NCBI GenBank assembly: GCA_963675515.1
Contig: OY776328.1
Location: 2,190,001-2,222,000 of the forward strand
Origin: Coprobacillaceae bacterium
GTDB taxonomy: Bacteria; Bacillota_I; Bacilli_A; Erysipelotrichales; Coprobacillaceae
Length of the DNA: 32,000 nucleotides
Direction: 5' to 3'
Of this stretch, positions 1 through 8,379 are shown in pieces. The stretch's first letter is position 1, and every line of letters starts with the position of its first letter. The translations under genes were made by a program, and so were the position numbers. Under the pieces are notes generated by a model. That model was not told the origin of the DNA and made no database searches. It saw only the letters and a program-made list of their open reading frames with translations.

Positions 1-106
1 ATTCATAGCGCATTATGGTCGTTTTCGAACACGACACAACGCCCCCTAGCTGTTCGAGCGATATCTTCATTTTCTTGCGGGCCTGTCTCATCTCATCTTT
101 AAACAT
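1..106 (-). CDS. XRE (Cro/C1)-family helix-turn-helix transcriptional regulator, N-terminal 35 codons only (gene continues past the left edge)
   Basis: Absent from the ORF track because it is partial. Reverse-strand ATG at 106-104, with GGAGGA (RC of 110-115) 3 nt upstream. Translation is MFKDEMRQARKKMKISLEQLGGVVSCSKTTIMRYE, which fits the XRE HTH pattern (..lS.eqLa..vgvSkstIsryE). Confidence 0.6.
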   Translation of the reverse strand, partial: MFKDEMRQARKKMKISLEQLGGVVSCSKTTIMRYE

Positions 107-154
107 AAATCCTCCATATTCATCCGTTATCAAAGCCGGAATATCGATAGGAAA

Positions 155-182
155 ATTATATCATCTTTCGTCTTTAAAGCAA
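155..182 (-). promoter_or_regulatory. candidate sigma-A promoter for the XRE regulator gene
   Basis: Reverse strand reads TTGCTT (RC of 177-182), a 16-nt spacer, then TGaTATAAT (TATAAT = RC of 155-160). It lies about 50 nt upstream of the regulator ATG. Confidence 0.4.
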
Positions 183-278
183 CTTTTTTGCACTCTAAAA
201 CGATAAAAAGCACCTGGATATTGAAATATGCAACTTCCGGTGTTAATATAATTGCGTAAATAAGTTTATACGCAACTT
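179..278 (+). promoter_or_regulatory. three direct copies of GCAACTT (179-185, 230-236, 272-278), candidate operator sites
   Basis: Exact 7-mer occurs three times within 100 nt of the divergent intergenic region. Copies 1 and 3 share the 9-mer GCAACTTTT. Copy 3 is also the right arm of AAGTT-N7-AACTT (262-278). Confidence 0.4.
221..249 (+). promoter_or_regulatory. candidate sigma-A promoter for the Y-family polymerase operon
   Basis: TTGAAA (221-226), a 17-nt spacer, then TGtTAATAT (TAATAT 244-249). It lies about 45 nt upstream of the ATG at 293. Confidence 0.5.
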
Positions 279-292
279 TTGGAGGAATATTT

Positions 293-1534
293 ATGGACAA
301 ATGGATTTTACATATTGATATCAACCATTGTTACGCCCAGATTGAAGAGATGAAAAATCCGGCCTTGAAGAAGATTCCCATGGCCGTTGGAGGCAAAGAG
401 TCGAACCGCCATGGCATCATCCTGGCCAAGAATCTTGTGGCTAGAAAATACAAGATCAAGACCGGGGAGCCGATCCGCGATGCCCTGAAAAAATGTCCGG
501 GACTCAAGATCATCCATCCCGAATTTGGCGACTACCAGTACTACACAACCAAGGTCAAGGACATCTATCACGAATACACCGACCAGGTCGAGTCGTATGG
601 CCTCGATGAAGCCTGGCTCGACATAACCGATTCCCTGAAGCTTTTTGGCGACCCGATTGACATCGCGAAGCAGATCCAGCGGCGCATCAAAATGGAGATC
701 GGGCTTACGGTTTCCGTAGGTATCAGCTTCAACAAGATTTTCGCGAAGATGGGCAGCGACATGTTCAAGCCTTATGGCCTGGTCCATATTTCCAAAGACA
801 ACTTCAAGGAGATAGTCTGGCCCCTGGACATCGGCGAGCTGTTCTACGTCGGCCAGGCGACCAAAGCCAAGCTAAACCAGGTATACATAACCAAAATCGG
901 CCAGCTGGCGCGCTGTTCGAAAGACTACATCAAATCGCTTTTGGGCAAGATGGGTGAAGTCCTCTGGCTGTTTGCCAACGGCTTCGACATGTCCGACGTC
1001 ATGCTTGCCACAAGCAAGACTATCGTCAAGTCGGTCGGCAATGGGGTGACCGCCATCAAGGATCTTTCCACCCTCGACCAGCTGCGCAGCGTCCTGCTTG
1101 TCCTTTGCGACAGCGTCGCCTCAAGGCTCAAGGACCAGAACCTCAAGGGCTTTGTGGTGACCCTTTCGCTGCGCGACAAGGAGCTCCACAGCTTCACCCG
1201 CCAGAAAAAGCGGGAGCAGGCTACCAACCTGTGCCAGGAAATAATGGCCACCATCGATGACCTGCTTGCAAAAAACCGCGATGAGTCCGCCAGCTACCGG
1301 TCCGTTGGCGTCCGGGTCAGCGACCTGATCGATGATAACCGGCGATACCAGCTATCCCTTTTCGAGGATGTAAACAGCCAGATTGACATGTACAATCTGG
1401 AAACGGCCATCGATTCCCTGCGGGCCAAGTACGGCTACTACAGCATATCCCGAGGTCTGGTCAAGGCCCAAAGCTTCTTGACCGATTTCAATCCCAAGGG
1501 CGACCACACCATCGCACCCAAAGGTTATTTCTAG
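293..1534 (+). CDS. Y-family (DinB/UmuC/ImpB-type) translesion DNA polymerase
   Basis: 413-aa ORF with GGAGG at 283-287. The N-terminal motif ILHIDINHCYAQIEE aligns with the D-x-D-x-F-Y-A motif, retaining the first catalytic Asp and the steric-gate Tyr. SYGLDEAWLDIT carries the catalytic Asp-Glu pair. Length and layout are typical of the family. Confidence 0.9.
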   Translation: MDKWILHIDINHCYAQIEEMKNPALKKIPMAVGGKESNRHGIILAKNLVARKYKIKTGEPIRDALKKCPGLKIIHPEFGDYQYYTTKVKDIYHEYTDQVESYGLDEAWLDITDSLKLFGDPIDIAKQIQRRIKMEIGLTVSVGISFNKIFAKMGSDMFKPYGLVHISKDNFKEIVWPLDIGELFYVGQATKAKLNQVYITKIGQLARCSKDYIKSLLGKMGEVLWLFANGFDMSDVMLATSKTIVKSVGNGVTAIKDLSTLDQLRSVLLVLCDSVASRLKDQNLKGFVVTLSLRDKELHSFTRQKKREQATNLCQEIMATIDDLLAKNRDESASYRSVGVRVSDLIDDNRRYQLSLFEDVNSQIDMYNLETAIDSLRAKYGYYSISRGLVKAQSFLTDFNPKGDHTIAPKGYF

Positions 1535-1536
1535 TT

Positions 1537-1806
1537 ATGGAACAGGTATTCAAGCACTATGTCGGAGTCATCGCCTACATCAACATGACCGGCCAGCTCC
1601 GCCCGCTCTACATTGTCTGGAACGAGGGTGTCAAATATAAAATAGACCTGATCTACCGCACATCCCCGGCTGCGAGCCTGGCCGGAGGCGGGGGCATCCT
1701 GTACGAGTGCAAGGTGGCCCACAAGAGAATCAAGCTATATCAGGAAAAGAACCGCTGGTTCATCGAAACCAACCAGGCCCCCTTCGATTATTGGTGCGAA
1801 AGCTAA
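1537..1806 (+). CDS. hypothetical 89-aa protein, translationally coupled to the Y-family polymerase
   Basis: ATG at 1537 lies 2 nt after the polymerase stop codon TAG (1532-1534). Codon style matches the neighbouring gene, and a hairpin terminator follows directly. I recognise no family. It contains a Gly-rich loop, AASLAGGGGILYEC. Confidence 0.6.
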   Translation: MEQVFKHYVGVIAYINMTGQLRPLYIVWNEGVKYKIDLIYRTSPAASLAGGGGILYECKVAHKRIKLYQEKNRWFIETNQAPFDYWCES

Positions 1807-1835
1807 AAACCAGTCATTTCCGACTGGCTTTTTGG
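1806..1835. terminator. rho-independent terminator (usable in both directions)
   Basis: CCAGTC (1810-1815), loop ATTTCC, GACTGG (1822-1827), then CTTTTTGG. An A-run lies on the left flank. It sits between the convergent polymerase operon and thiC. Confidence 0.7.
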
Positions 1836-1955
1836 CTTTTATTTGGATGAAACCGCATCAGTGCCACGTCGTGACAATCAAACCCGCAGGCAGTTGATTT
1901 AGATTTACATGGTGCCCCGCATCATCAAACCGACACGGATGCAACGTCGGCATAG

Positions 1956-3257
1956 TTAAAAAATGTCGACCGTCTCCCCGTTGAGGATCTTGTTTGTCGT
2001 CCGCACGGCGCACATCTTGCCACACATCGAGCAGGTGTGCTGCTGGGCCGCGGGAATCGAGTTGTAGTATTCGCGGGCCTTTTGGGGATCCAGGGCGCAT
2101 TCGAACATTCCTTCCCAATCGACCAGGTTACGCGCTCTTGCCATCTGGTCATCGATGTCCCTGGCTCCCGGGATCTTCTTGGCGATATCGGCCGCATGGG
2201 CGGCGATCTTGACTGCCATTATCCCTTCCTTGACATCGGCAACATCAGGCAGGCGCAGATGCTCCGCCGGTGTGACGTAGCACAGGAAATCAGCCCCGCT
2301 TGATGCGGCAATCGCCCCGCCGATGGCGCTGGTGATATGGTCATAACCCGGTGCGATGTCGGTCACGATGGGCCCAAGGACATAGAACGGCGCATCAAAG
2401 CAAAGACGCTTCATAAGCTTCATGTTCGCGGCGATCTCGTCGATGGCCATATGGCCCGGACCTTCGACAATCACCTGGACATTCTTATCCCAGGCCCGCT
2501 TGATCAGCAATGACAATTCGATCAGCTCCCCGATTTGTCCAGGATCGGTGGCGTCATGGAGACAGCCCGGACGCAAAGCGTCACCCAGCGAAATGGTCAC
2601 ATCATACTTGGCCAGGATATCGAGGACTTCGTCATAGTGTTCATAGAAAGGATTTTCATTGCCCGTCATCGCCATCCAGGCGAAAAGCAGGGATCCGCCC
2701 CTGGACACGATATTGGTCAGCCGCTTGCTTTTTTTGAAATCTTTCGCAACCTTTCGGGTGATTCCGGCATGGATTGTGACAAAGTCAACCCCCTGTCTGG
2801 CATGGATTTCCAGGATCTTCAAGAAATCCTGGGCGTTAAGGTCGATCAGGTCCTTGTCGAAATAGCCGATGGCGTCATAGATTGGCACCGTTCCGATCAT
2901 GGCGCTGCTCACCTCGATCAGCTTTTCCCTGAAATCGTAAGTCTTGCCGTAGTTGCTAAGATCCATAATCGCCTCGACGTCATTTTCCAGGGCCACTTCG
3001 ACCTTCTGTAATTCCATGTCGTAATTGGCGCAATCGCGAGAAACTCCAAGATTGACATTGACCTTGGTCTTCAACCCCTGTCCCACTCCGTTGGGTTCAA
3101 GGCTTGCATGGTTGAAATTGGCCGGAATGGCGATTGTTCCCGCCGCCACTCTTTCCCTGATGATATCAGGATCGATTCCTTCTTTTTTGGCAACGATTTC
3201 CATTTGTCTGGTGATGATTCCTTGTTTGGCTGAAGCCATCTGGGTAAGCTTATTCAT
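1956..3257 (-). CDS. thiC: phosphomethylpyrimidine (HMP-P) synthase ThiC
   Basis: 433-aa ORF with AAGGAGA upstream. Full-length ThiC-like sequence (GIITRQME..., VNVNLG, DLSNYG, TIHAG, VEGPGH) with the C-terminal CSMCGKMC cluster motif. It lies downstream of a TPP riboswitch. Confidence 0.95.
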   Translation of the reverse strand: MNKLTQMASAKQGIITRQMEIVAKKEGIDPDIIRERVAAGTIAIPANFNHASLEPNGVGQGLKTKVNVNLGVSRDCANYDMELQKVEVALENDVEAIMDLSNYGKTYDFREKLIEVSSAMIGTVPIYDAIGYFDKDLIDLNAQDFLKILEIHARQGVDFVTIHAGITRKVAKDFKKSKRLTNIVSRGGSLLFAWMAMTGNENPFYEHYDEVLDILAKYDVTISLGDALRPGCLHDATDPGQIGELIELSLLIKRAWDKNVQVIVEGPGHMAIDEIAANMKLMKRLCFDAPFYVLGPIVTDIAPGYDHITSAIGGAIAASSGADFLCYVTPAEHLRLPDVADVKEGIMAVKIAAHAADIAKKIPGARDIDDQMARARNLVDWEGMFECALDPQKAREYYNSIPAAQQHTCSMCGKMCAVRTTNKILNGETVDIF

Positions 3258-3762
3258 TGGTTTCTCCTTTTGGTGTATGGTTGAAGATATTGAGGATGTT
3301 GCGCTTTTTCATGGCATAGATCAACGTCAAAGCCAGCGTCGCCCCGACAAGGGTGCTGACCATGAACGGGACAAGCAAAACGGATCCCATTCCTTTCTTG
3401 TTTAACACCAGGTCCCCCAGGAGAGCGGCTACCTGCGATCCCAGCAAGCCAGTTCCGATGATCTCACCCACATAGGCCGCGATCACCGACTTGTAGCGGG
3501 CATATAGAACCGCCGACAAAAACGCCCCGATCATGCTTCCTGGAAAGGCAAGGATCGTACCGGTACCCGAGATGTTGCGTACCAGTGATGTCGAAAAAGC
3601 CACCATCACTGCCAGAAACGGGTTCAGGGTGACTGCCGCCACGAGGTTGATGAAATGCTGGACGAAGAAAGCCTTGGCGAAGGCCGTAGGCACATACAAA
3701 GACGAAAGGCTGATCGCCAAGGCGATCAAAAAGCCCGCAAAACTGATTTTTTTGACACTCAT
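3250..3762 (-). CDS. thiW: ThiW, ECF-type thiazole (HET) precursor transporter S component
   Basis: Start chosen at MSVKKISF (ATG 3762-3760), preceded by AGGAGA. It is a multi-TM protein with [25 protein letters not shown] and [11 protein letters not shown], as in ThiW. It overlaps the thiC start by 8 nt, and a TPP riboswitch lies upstream. Confidence 0.85.
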   Translation of the reverse strand: MSVKKISFAGFLIALAISLSSLYVPTAFAKAFFVQHFINLVAAVTLNPFLAVMVAFSTSLVRNISGTGTILAFPGSMIGAFLSAVLYARYKSVIAAYVGEIIGTGLLGSQVAALLGDLVLNKKGMGSVLLVPFMVSTLVGATLALTLIYAMKKRNILNIFNHTPKGETNE

Positions 3763-3815
3763 AATTGTTCTCCTTATGGTCATCAATATCAATGGAGTAT
3801 CTTTTTTCCAAAACC

Positions 3816-3843
3816 AAAAAAAGATGCACCAAAAAGGTCCATC
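3816..3843 (-). terminator. riboswitch expression-platform terminator
   Basis: Reverse strand reads GATGGACC-UUUUU-GGUGCAUC followed by a U7 run. It sits between the TPP aptamer and the thiW RBS. Confidence 0.6.
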
Positions 3844-3867
3844 CCATAAATTTTAAAATCTATGTTC

Positions 3868-3947
3868 AATCCCTACGTTGGCATTACCCAAATCAGGTAC
3901 GGTCGAAATTCCAATTTCCTCTCAGCCTGGTCACAAGCTCCCGTTGA
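3868..3947 (-). promoter_or_regulatory. TPP (THI-box) riboswitch aptamer
   Basis: Reverse strand reads ACGGGAGCttgtgaccaGGCTGAGAGgaaattggaatttcgACCgtACCTGATttGGGTAATGCCAACGTAGGGA. This contains the hallmark CUGAGA, ACCUGAU and GGGUAAUGCCAACGUAGGGA elements. Confidence 0.9.
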
Positions 3948-3959
3948 TATTTGTCTATA

Positions 3960-3987
3960 ATTATAAATGATTATGCTCAGTTGTCAA
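3960..3987 (-). promoter_or_regulatory. sigma-A promoter of the riboswitch-thiW-thiC unit
   Basis: Reverse strand reads TTGACA (RC of 3982-3987), a 16-nt spacer, then TATAAT (RC of 3960-3965). The -35 box overlaps the last codons of the upstream HAD gene, just before its stop codon. Confidence 0.6.
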
Positions 3988-4819
3988 TAAAATCCTGAAA
4001 ATTCGCACCAATCCACCGGGCCACACCGTCTTGGTCGTTGGATTGGGCAATGTCGGTGGCGACCTGCTTCACCGGATCGATTGCGTTGGACATAGCCACC
4101 GCCACGTCCGCCATTTGCAGCATTTCAAGATCGTTGATCTCGTCGCCAAAACAGACCAGCTTGTCGAAATGGCGGATTGTTTTCAACCGCTCAAGCGCCC
4201 TGGCCTTGGTCGCCAGCTCGGGCATGATTTCCAGGAAATACTCGTTTGAGTAAAGTTCCTTTTTCAGGCTGCAGACAAGACCCGGAAGCTTTGAAAGATG
4301 GCGGTAGACCGGCTCAAGATTCACCTTGTCATCGATTGCCGTGTAGTAGAATATCGTACCTTGATAGATCGGTTCGCCATCTCTTTTTGGTTCGAAGCGC
4401 AGGTCGCCCTTGCGTGATTCGATATAGCTTTTAACATGATCGTTTTGCCGGTCGCAATGCCACAGCACCTTTTCCTGGCTGTCGATCAGGGTGTAGACCA
4501 AGGGATTGATCCCGAAGCACTCCAGGGTGGCTTCGATTTTCCTTGAAGTCTCCCGCAAGAATGCCTGGACATTTATGATCGCCCCGCTTTTCCCATCGAC
4601 AATCAGCGCCCCGTTGTAGACAATCACCGGCCACTTTAGGTCAAGCTCATGGGTGAATTTGCTTGCCGAATTGAATGATCTGGCCGTGGCGTAGGTGAAA
4701 TTGAGACCCCTGGAGATCAGGGCATTCAGGGTTTCAATCGAGTAGCGTGAAATTTCGTAGCTGGAGTTTATCAAAGTGCCGTCGAGATCGGCGACAAAAA
4801 GCCTTGTTTGTTTTATCAT
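3977..4819 (-). CDS. Cof-type HAD-IIB family phosphatase
   Basis: 280 aa. Motif I is LFVADLDGTL, followed by TYATARS, then the C-terminal FGDEINDLEML and a cap-domain layout typical of Cof/YbjI-like sugar or vitamin phosphatases. RBS AGAGGAA. Confidence 0.85.
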   Translation of the reverse strand: MIKQTRLFVADLDGTLINSSYEISRYSIETLNALISRGLNFTYATARSFNSASKFTHELDLKWPVIVYNGALIVDGKSGAIINVQAFLRETSRKIEATLECFGINPLVYTLIDSQEKVLWHCDRQNDHVKSYIESRKGDLRFEPKRDGEPIYQGTIFYYTAIDDKVNLEPVYRHLSKLPGLVCSLKKELYSNEYFLEIMPELATKARALERLKTIRHFDKLVCFGDEINDLEMLQMADVAVAMSNAIDPVKQVATDIAQSNDQDGVARWIGANFQDFIDN

Positions 4820-4929
4820 TGTTAGTTCCTCTTGTTAATTTAATGATATCTTAGTGGGAGAAAAAATGCAAAGATGAAACAAAGATGGAACCAAAAAAAC
4901 GGCCGGGCGTGATAAGATTTGAGTGGGTG

Positions 4930-6045
4930 ATGAAAATGAGATGTCCTCAATGTCAAAATGATGATCCGCTTTATTTCTATTGTCTTAACGGCCGGTATTA
5001 CTGTCGCAAGTGCGTCTCTTTCCAGCGGACATACGTCGACGAACGCCTCGAAACGATCCACGAAGGCAGATCCGGCCAGGTTGATTATCATCTAGACTTT
5101 GATTTGACACCCGCCCAGAAGGATCTTTCCCATAGCGTCCTTGAAAACCACCAGAACGGCCGCGACTCCACAGTCAAGGCGGTCTGCGGGGCCGGCAAGA
5201 CCGAGATTGTCTATGAGGTGATAAAATTCGCCCTTAACAACAATCAGCGCGTCTGCTTCACGGCTCCCCGCAAGGAGCTTATCAAGGAACTTGGGGCGAG
5301 GTTCAAAAGGGATTTCTCGAATATTTTGCCAACCCTCGTTTACGGGGGCCATTGCGAAACGATTGCGGGCCAGTTCATAATATGCACGACCCACCAGCTC
5401 TATCGCTACCATAAGGCATTCGATCTGATGATCATCGACGAAGTCGACGCTTTCCCGTTTGCGGGCAACGAGCTGCTTGAAAGCCTGTTTTTCCAGGCGA
5501 TAAAAGGCAGCTGCATAATGATGTCGGCAACCAATGCCCACAGCGATTTCCAGCTCAACCGCCGGTTTCACGGCCACCTGCTGCCAGTGCCAAAGTGCCT
5601 GTGTATGCCCTGGCCGGTTGCCTGGTTGATGATGGCCAGAGATATTCTGGCCTGGAAGAAAAGCCGCCAGCCGGCATTGGTGTTTGTTGCGACCATCGCC
5701 AGAACGGCAACAATCAAGCGTTTCTTGACCTTGTTCAAGATCAGATGCGAGATTGCCCATTCGAAAGTCCCCGAAGTGGAAAGGCTGATCGAAAAGCTCA
5801 AAAACGGCAACTGCGACTGCATCGTGACCACCACCCTGCTCGAGCGGGGCATCACGATTGCCAATGTCCAGGTGCTTGTCGTCGAGGGCGACCATCCGGC
5901 TTTTTCCACTGAGACCCTGATCCAGATCTGCGGCCGGGTAGGACGCAAAAAGGAATATCCCGGCGGGGTTATCAGGATATATGCAAGAATTCAGACAAAG
6001 GAGATAAGACAATGTATCCAAGCGATCAAAAAGGCCAATGCTTGA
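4930..6045 (+). CDS. comFA: ComFA-like DEAD/DEAH-box helicase (late competence DNA-uptake ATPase)
   Basis: N-terminal 4-Cys zinc ribbon (CPQC...CRKC). Walker A is CGAGKT, with IIDEVDAF, MSAT and QICGRVGR. It is followed by comFC. The start is uncertain: ATG 4930 (MKMRCPQC) is preferred and the track start 4885 is possible. Confidence 0.85.
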   Translation: MKMRCPQCQNDDPLYFYCLNGRYYCRKCVSFQRTYVDERLETIHEGRSGQVDYHLDFDLTPAQKDLSHSVLENHQNGRDSTVKAVCGAGKTEIVYEVIKFALNNNQRVCFTAPRKELIKELGARFKRDFSNILPTLVYGGHCETIAGQFIICTTHQLYRYHKAFDLMIIDEVDAFPFAGNELLESLFFQAIKGSCIMMSATNAHSDFQLNRRFHGHLLPVPKCLCMPWPVAWLMMARDILAWKKSRQPALVFVATIARTATIKRFLTLFKIRCEIAHSKVPEVERLIEKLKNGNCDCIVTTTLLERGITIANVQVLVVEGDHPAFSTETLIQICGRVGRKKEYPGGVIRIYARIQTKEIRQCIQAIKKANA

Positions 6046-6689
6046 TATGTTTTTCTTCCCTGGATGACGACTGCACCCTTTACACCCTGCTTTTCCATCC
6101 CCCGATATGTCAAGATTGCCTGCATTCCTTCGTGGAAACGTCAGGCAATTTTTGTCTTGAAAATATCCCGATGACCATTCTTTACCAATACAATGACTTT
6201 TTCAAAAAACTGCTGTTCGACTTCAAGGGCAAAGGCGACTATGCCTTGAAGGACACTTTCTTGACCAACCATGTCGCCAGTTTGAAAAGACAGTACGCCT
6301 CCCATGTCATAGTGGTCGCACCATCGAGCGACCAGGACAATATCAGACGCGACTTCTGCCCAAATCTTTCAATAGCCAGGACTTTTTCGCAAGACATCTT
6401 CACTGGGATAACCAAGAAGAACTTCTACAAGCAGACCAGCCAGGCAAAACGGGAGCTGGTCAAGGATGTCCTGAAAATAAGCGGCGGAAACCGGCTGAAA
6501 AACCGGAAGGTCCTGATTTTCGATGATGTGATAACCTCGGGAAGCACAATCAAGGCGATGATCGGACTGCTTTCGCCCTACAAGCCCGAAAGCATCGAGA
6601 TTCTCATCATGGCTTCGAGCAATCCGGACCGTTTCCTGGACAAAAAGAGCCTGGCTGGCCGGTTCAAACTCCTGCAATCGCCCCGATAA
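6012..6689 (+). CDS. comFC: ComFC-like phosphoribosyltransferase-fold competence protein
   Basis: N-terminal Cys motifs (CLIC...CQDC) and the PRPP-binding loop VLIFDDVITSGST. AAGGAGA lies 7 nt upstream of ATG 6012. It overlaps the comFA 3' end by 34 nt. Confidence 0.85.
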   Translation: MYPSDQKGQCLICFSSLDDDCTLYTLLFHPPICQDCLHSFVETSGNFCLENIPMTILYQYNDFFKKLLFDFKGKGDYALKDTFLTNHVASLKRQYASHVIVVAPSSDQDNIRRDFCPNLSIARTFSQDIFTGITKKNFYKQTSQAKRELVKDVLKISGGNRLKNRKVLIFDDVITSGSTIKAMIGLLSPYKPESIEILIMASSNPDRFLDKKSLAGRFKLLQSPR

Positions 6690-6731
6690 AAAAATGATAG
6701 CGCTTGTACTTTAAAAAAATAAGATTTACCT

Positions 6732-6760
6732 TTGAAATTCGGTTTTTGGAGGCATATAAT
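6732..6760 (+). promoter_or_regulatory. sigma-A promoter of the ClC gene
   Basis: TTGAAA (6732-6737), a 17-nt spacer, then TATAAT (6755-6760). Confidence 0.6.
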
Positions 6761-6790
6761 AAGACTGTTTGCAAGGGGGTATTTTTATAT

Positions 6791-8350
6791 ATGGAACATA
6801 AGACTAAAGAAATAATATCGTTTGATGACAACGCCAGGGTTCGCCTGATCGTCGAGGCTTTCGCCGTTGGCATCCTTTCAGGAATGGTGATTGTCGCCTA
6901 TCGCTGGTGTCTCAAGTTTGGTGATGGTTGCCTGCATCTGATAATCGGGGCGACCAGAAACAACCTGATTCTTATAGGACTGTGGTTTGCCGCCCTGGCC
7001 GGTTTGGCCTATCTGGTTTCGCGGCTTATAAAAAAGGAACCGCTGATCTCAGGTTCCGGAATCCCGCAGCTTGAAGCCGAGCTGACCGGACATCTTTCAA
7101 CCAAGTGGTACCGGGTGCTGGCAAACAAGTTTGTCGGGGGATTCCTTTCCCTTTTCGCCGGTCTTTCCCTGGGCCGCGAAGGACCAAGCATCCAGCTAGG
7201 AGCGATGATTGGCAAGGGCATCTCGAAGACGCTCAAGCGTTCCAAAAACGAGGAGCGCTATTTGATGACATGCGGGGCAAGCGCCGGATTGGCGGCGGCG
7301 TTCCATGCGCCATTGGCCGGGGTCATGTTCGCGATCGAGGAGGTCCACAAGCAGTTTTCGATTGCCTTGTTGCTGGCCGTTATGACTTCGTCGCTCACTG
7401 CCGATTATTTCATATCCTATGTGCTGGGGATGGAACCGATTTTCGACTTCGCGATAATCCGCTCGTTCAATCCCGATTTCTTTCCGTTTTTGATCGTCCT
7501 TGGTGTCATTCTGGGACTGGCCGGAGTGATCTACAACAGATCCCTGTTAAAAATCCAGAAACTTTACAGCCATCCGTCATTGACCAAGTTCACAAAACTG
7601 CTTATCCCCTTCATGATGGCGGGAGCTATCGCCTACACCTACCCGATTCTTCTAGGGGGCGGAGATGCGATTATCGAGGAGCTCAATGTCGCCAATTTCA
7701 CGACTATAACCTTGGTCGCGCTTCTGATCGGCAAGTTCCTTTTCTCCCAGATTTCCTTCAATTCCGGAGCACCCGGGGGCATCTTCTTCCCGATGCTTGT
7801 GCTTGGAAGCATTATCGGCAAAATTGTAGCCAATGTCGCCATCACCAGCTTCGGGGTGGATCCAATCTATGTCGACAACTTCATTATTGTAGCCATGGCA
7901 GGGCTTTTTAGCTCAATAGTCAAGGCTCCGGTGACCGGAATCATCCTGATCTTCGAAATGACCGGTTCACTTACAAGCATGCTGGCAATCTCGCTGGTTT
8001 CGATCGTGTCTTTTGTCGTGTCCGAATTATGCCACTCAAAACCGATCTACGACAGCTTGCTTGAAAACCTGCTCAGGCGCAACTGTGATTTCGAGTACCA
8101 GAAAAACATGGCGGACGACAAGGTCCTCCAGACCTTCATTGTCCATGATTCCAGCCATCTTGCCAACACGCTGGTCAGGGACATCTCATGGCCCGACAAT
8201 GTCCTGCTTGTCTCAATCAAGCGGGGTTGCCAGGAGATCATCCCCAACGGCAAGACAATGATTCTGCCCCACGACCGCTTGTTGATCATCTGCGATGTCG
8301 AGCAGCAGTCGACAACCTATGATTATCTGCTTTTGCTTACTTCAAGCTAA
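6791..8350 (+). CDS. ClC-family chloride channel / H+-Cl- antiporter with C-terminal TrkA-C (RCK_C) domain
   Basis: Selectivity motifs GSGIPQ, GREGPSIQ and GIFFPM are present. The C-terminal approx. 80 aa (VLQTFIVHDSSHLANTLVRDISWPDNVLLVSIKRG...ILPHDRLLI) look like RCK_C. Start chosen at MEHKTKE (ATG 6791), downstream of the promoter and of AAGGGGG. Confidence 0.9.
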   Translation: MEHKTKEIISFDDNARVRLIVEAFAVGILSGMVIVAYRWCLKFGDGCLHLIIGATRNNLILIGLWFAALAGLAYLVSRLIKKEPLISGSGIPQLEAELTGHLSTKWYRVLANKFVGGFLSLFAGLSLGREGPSIQLGAMIGKGISKTLKRSKNEERYLMTCGASAGLAAAFHAPLAGVMFAIEEVHKQFSIALLLAVMTSSLTADYFISYVLGMEPIFDFAIIRSFNPDFFPFLIVLGVILGLAGVIYNRSLLKIQKLYSHPSLTKFTKLLIPFMMAGAIAYTYPILLGGGDAIIEELNVANFTTITLVALLIGKFLFSQISFNSGAPGGIFFPMLVLGSIIGKIVANVAITSFGVDPIYVDNFIIVAMAGLFSSIVKAPVTGIILIFEMTGSLTSMLAISLVSIVSFVVSELCHSKPIYDSLLENLLRRNCDFEYQKNMADDKVLQTFIVHDSSHLANTLVRDISWPDNVLLVSIKRGCQEIIPNGKTMILPHDRLLIICDVEQQSTTYDYLLLLTSS

Positions 8351-8379
8351 AAACCTGGCACATTGACCAGGTTTTTTTA
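8350..8379. terminator. bidirectional rho-independent terminator (ClC / degV convergent)
   Basis: AACCTGG (8352-8358), loop CACATTGA, CCAGGTT (8367-8373), then a T-run. An A-run lies on the left flank. Confidence 0.7.

Noticed and set aside
107-292. Firmicutes LexA (Cheo) box CGAAC-N4-GTTCG upstream of the Y-family polymerase.
   Set aside because: No match exists in the intergenic region. The only CGAAC-like string (about 26-37) lies inside the XRE coding sequence and lacks the GTTC half-site.
15-324. Track ORFs 15-206 (+) and 130-324 (-) at the left edge.
   Set aside because: They have no RBS and implausible sequences. The region is better explained by the reverse-strand XRE gene start (1-106) and the divergent promoter region.
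5092-6021. 309-aa ORF antisense to comFA. Similar long shadow ORFs occur at 7105-7911, 11686-12300, 13837-14562, 21461-22045 and 308-787.
   Set aside because: Each lies fully inside a confidently identified gene on the other strand or in another frame. They have Arg/Gly/His/Asp-rich low-complexity compositions, no RBS and no recognisable motifs. They are the expected by-product of G/C-ending codon bias.
6704-6790. N-terminal extensions given by the ORF track: ClC from 6704, degV from 9294, pth from 14517, glgB from 22057, ybaK from 24454, AT3 from 29628, thiW from 3792 and ldh from TTG 29824.
   Set aside because: In each case an internal start has a proper GGAGG-type RBS and reproduces the family-typical N-terminus. 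The extension would run through a promoter or terminator, or would add atypical residues.
6690-6790. Possible fluoride (crcB-motif) riboswitch upstream of the ClC gene.
   Set aside because: The leader shows no resemblance to the crcB motif. The protein is a long ClC with an RCK_C tail rather than a short ClC-F type. Only a standard promoter is present.
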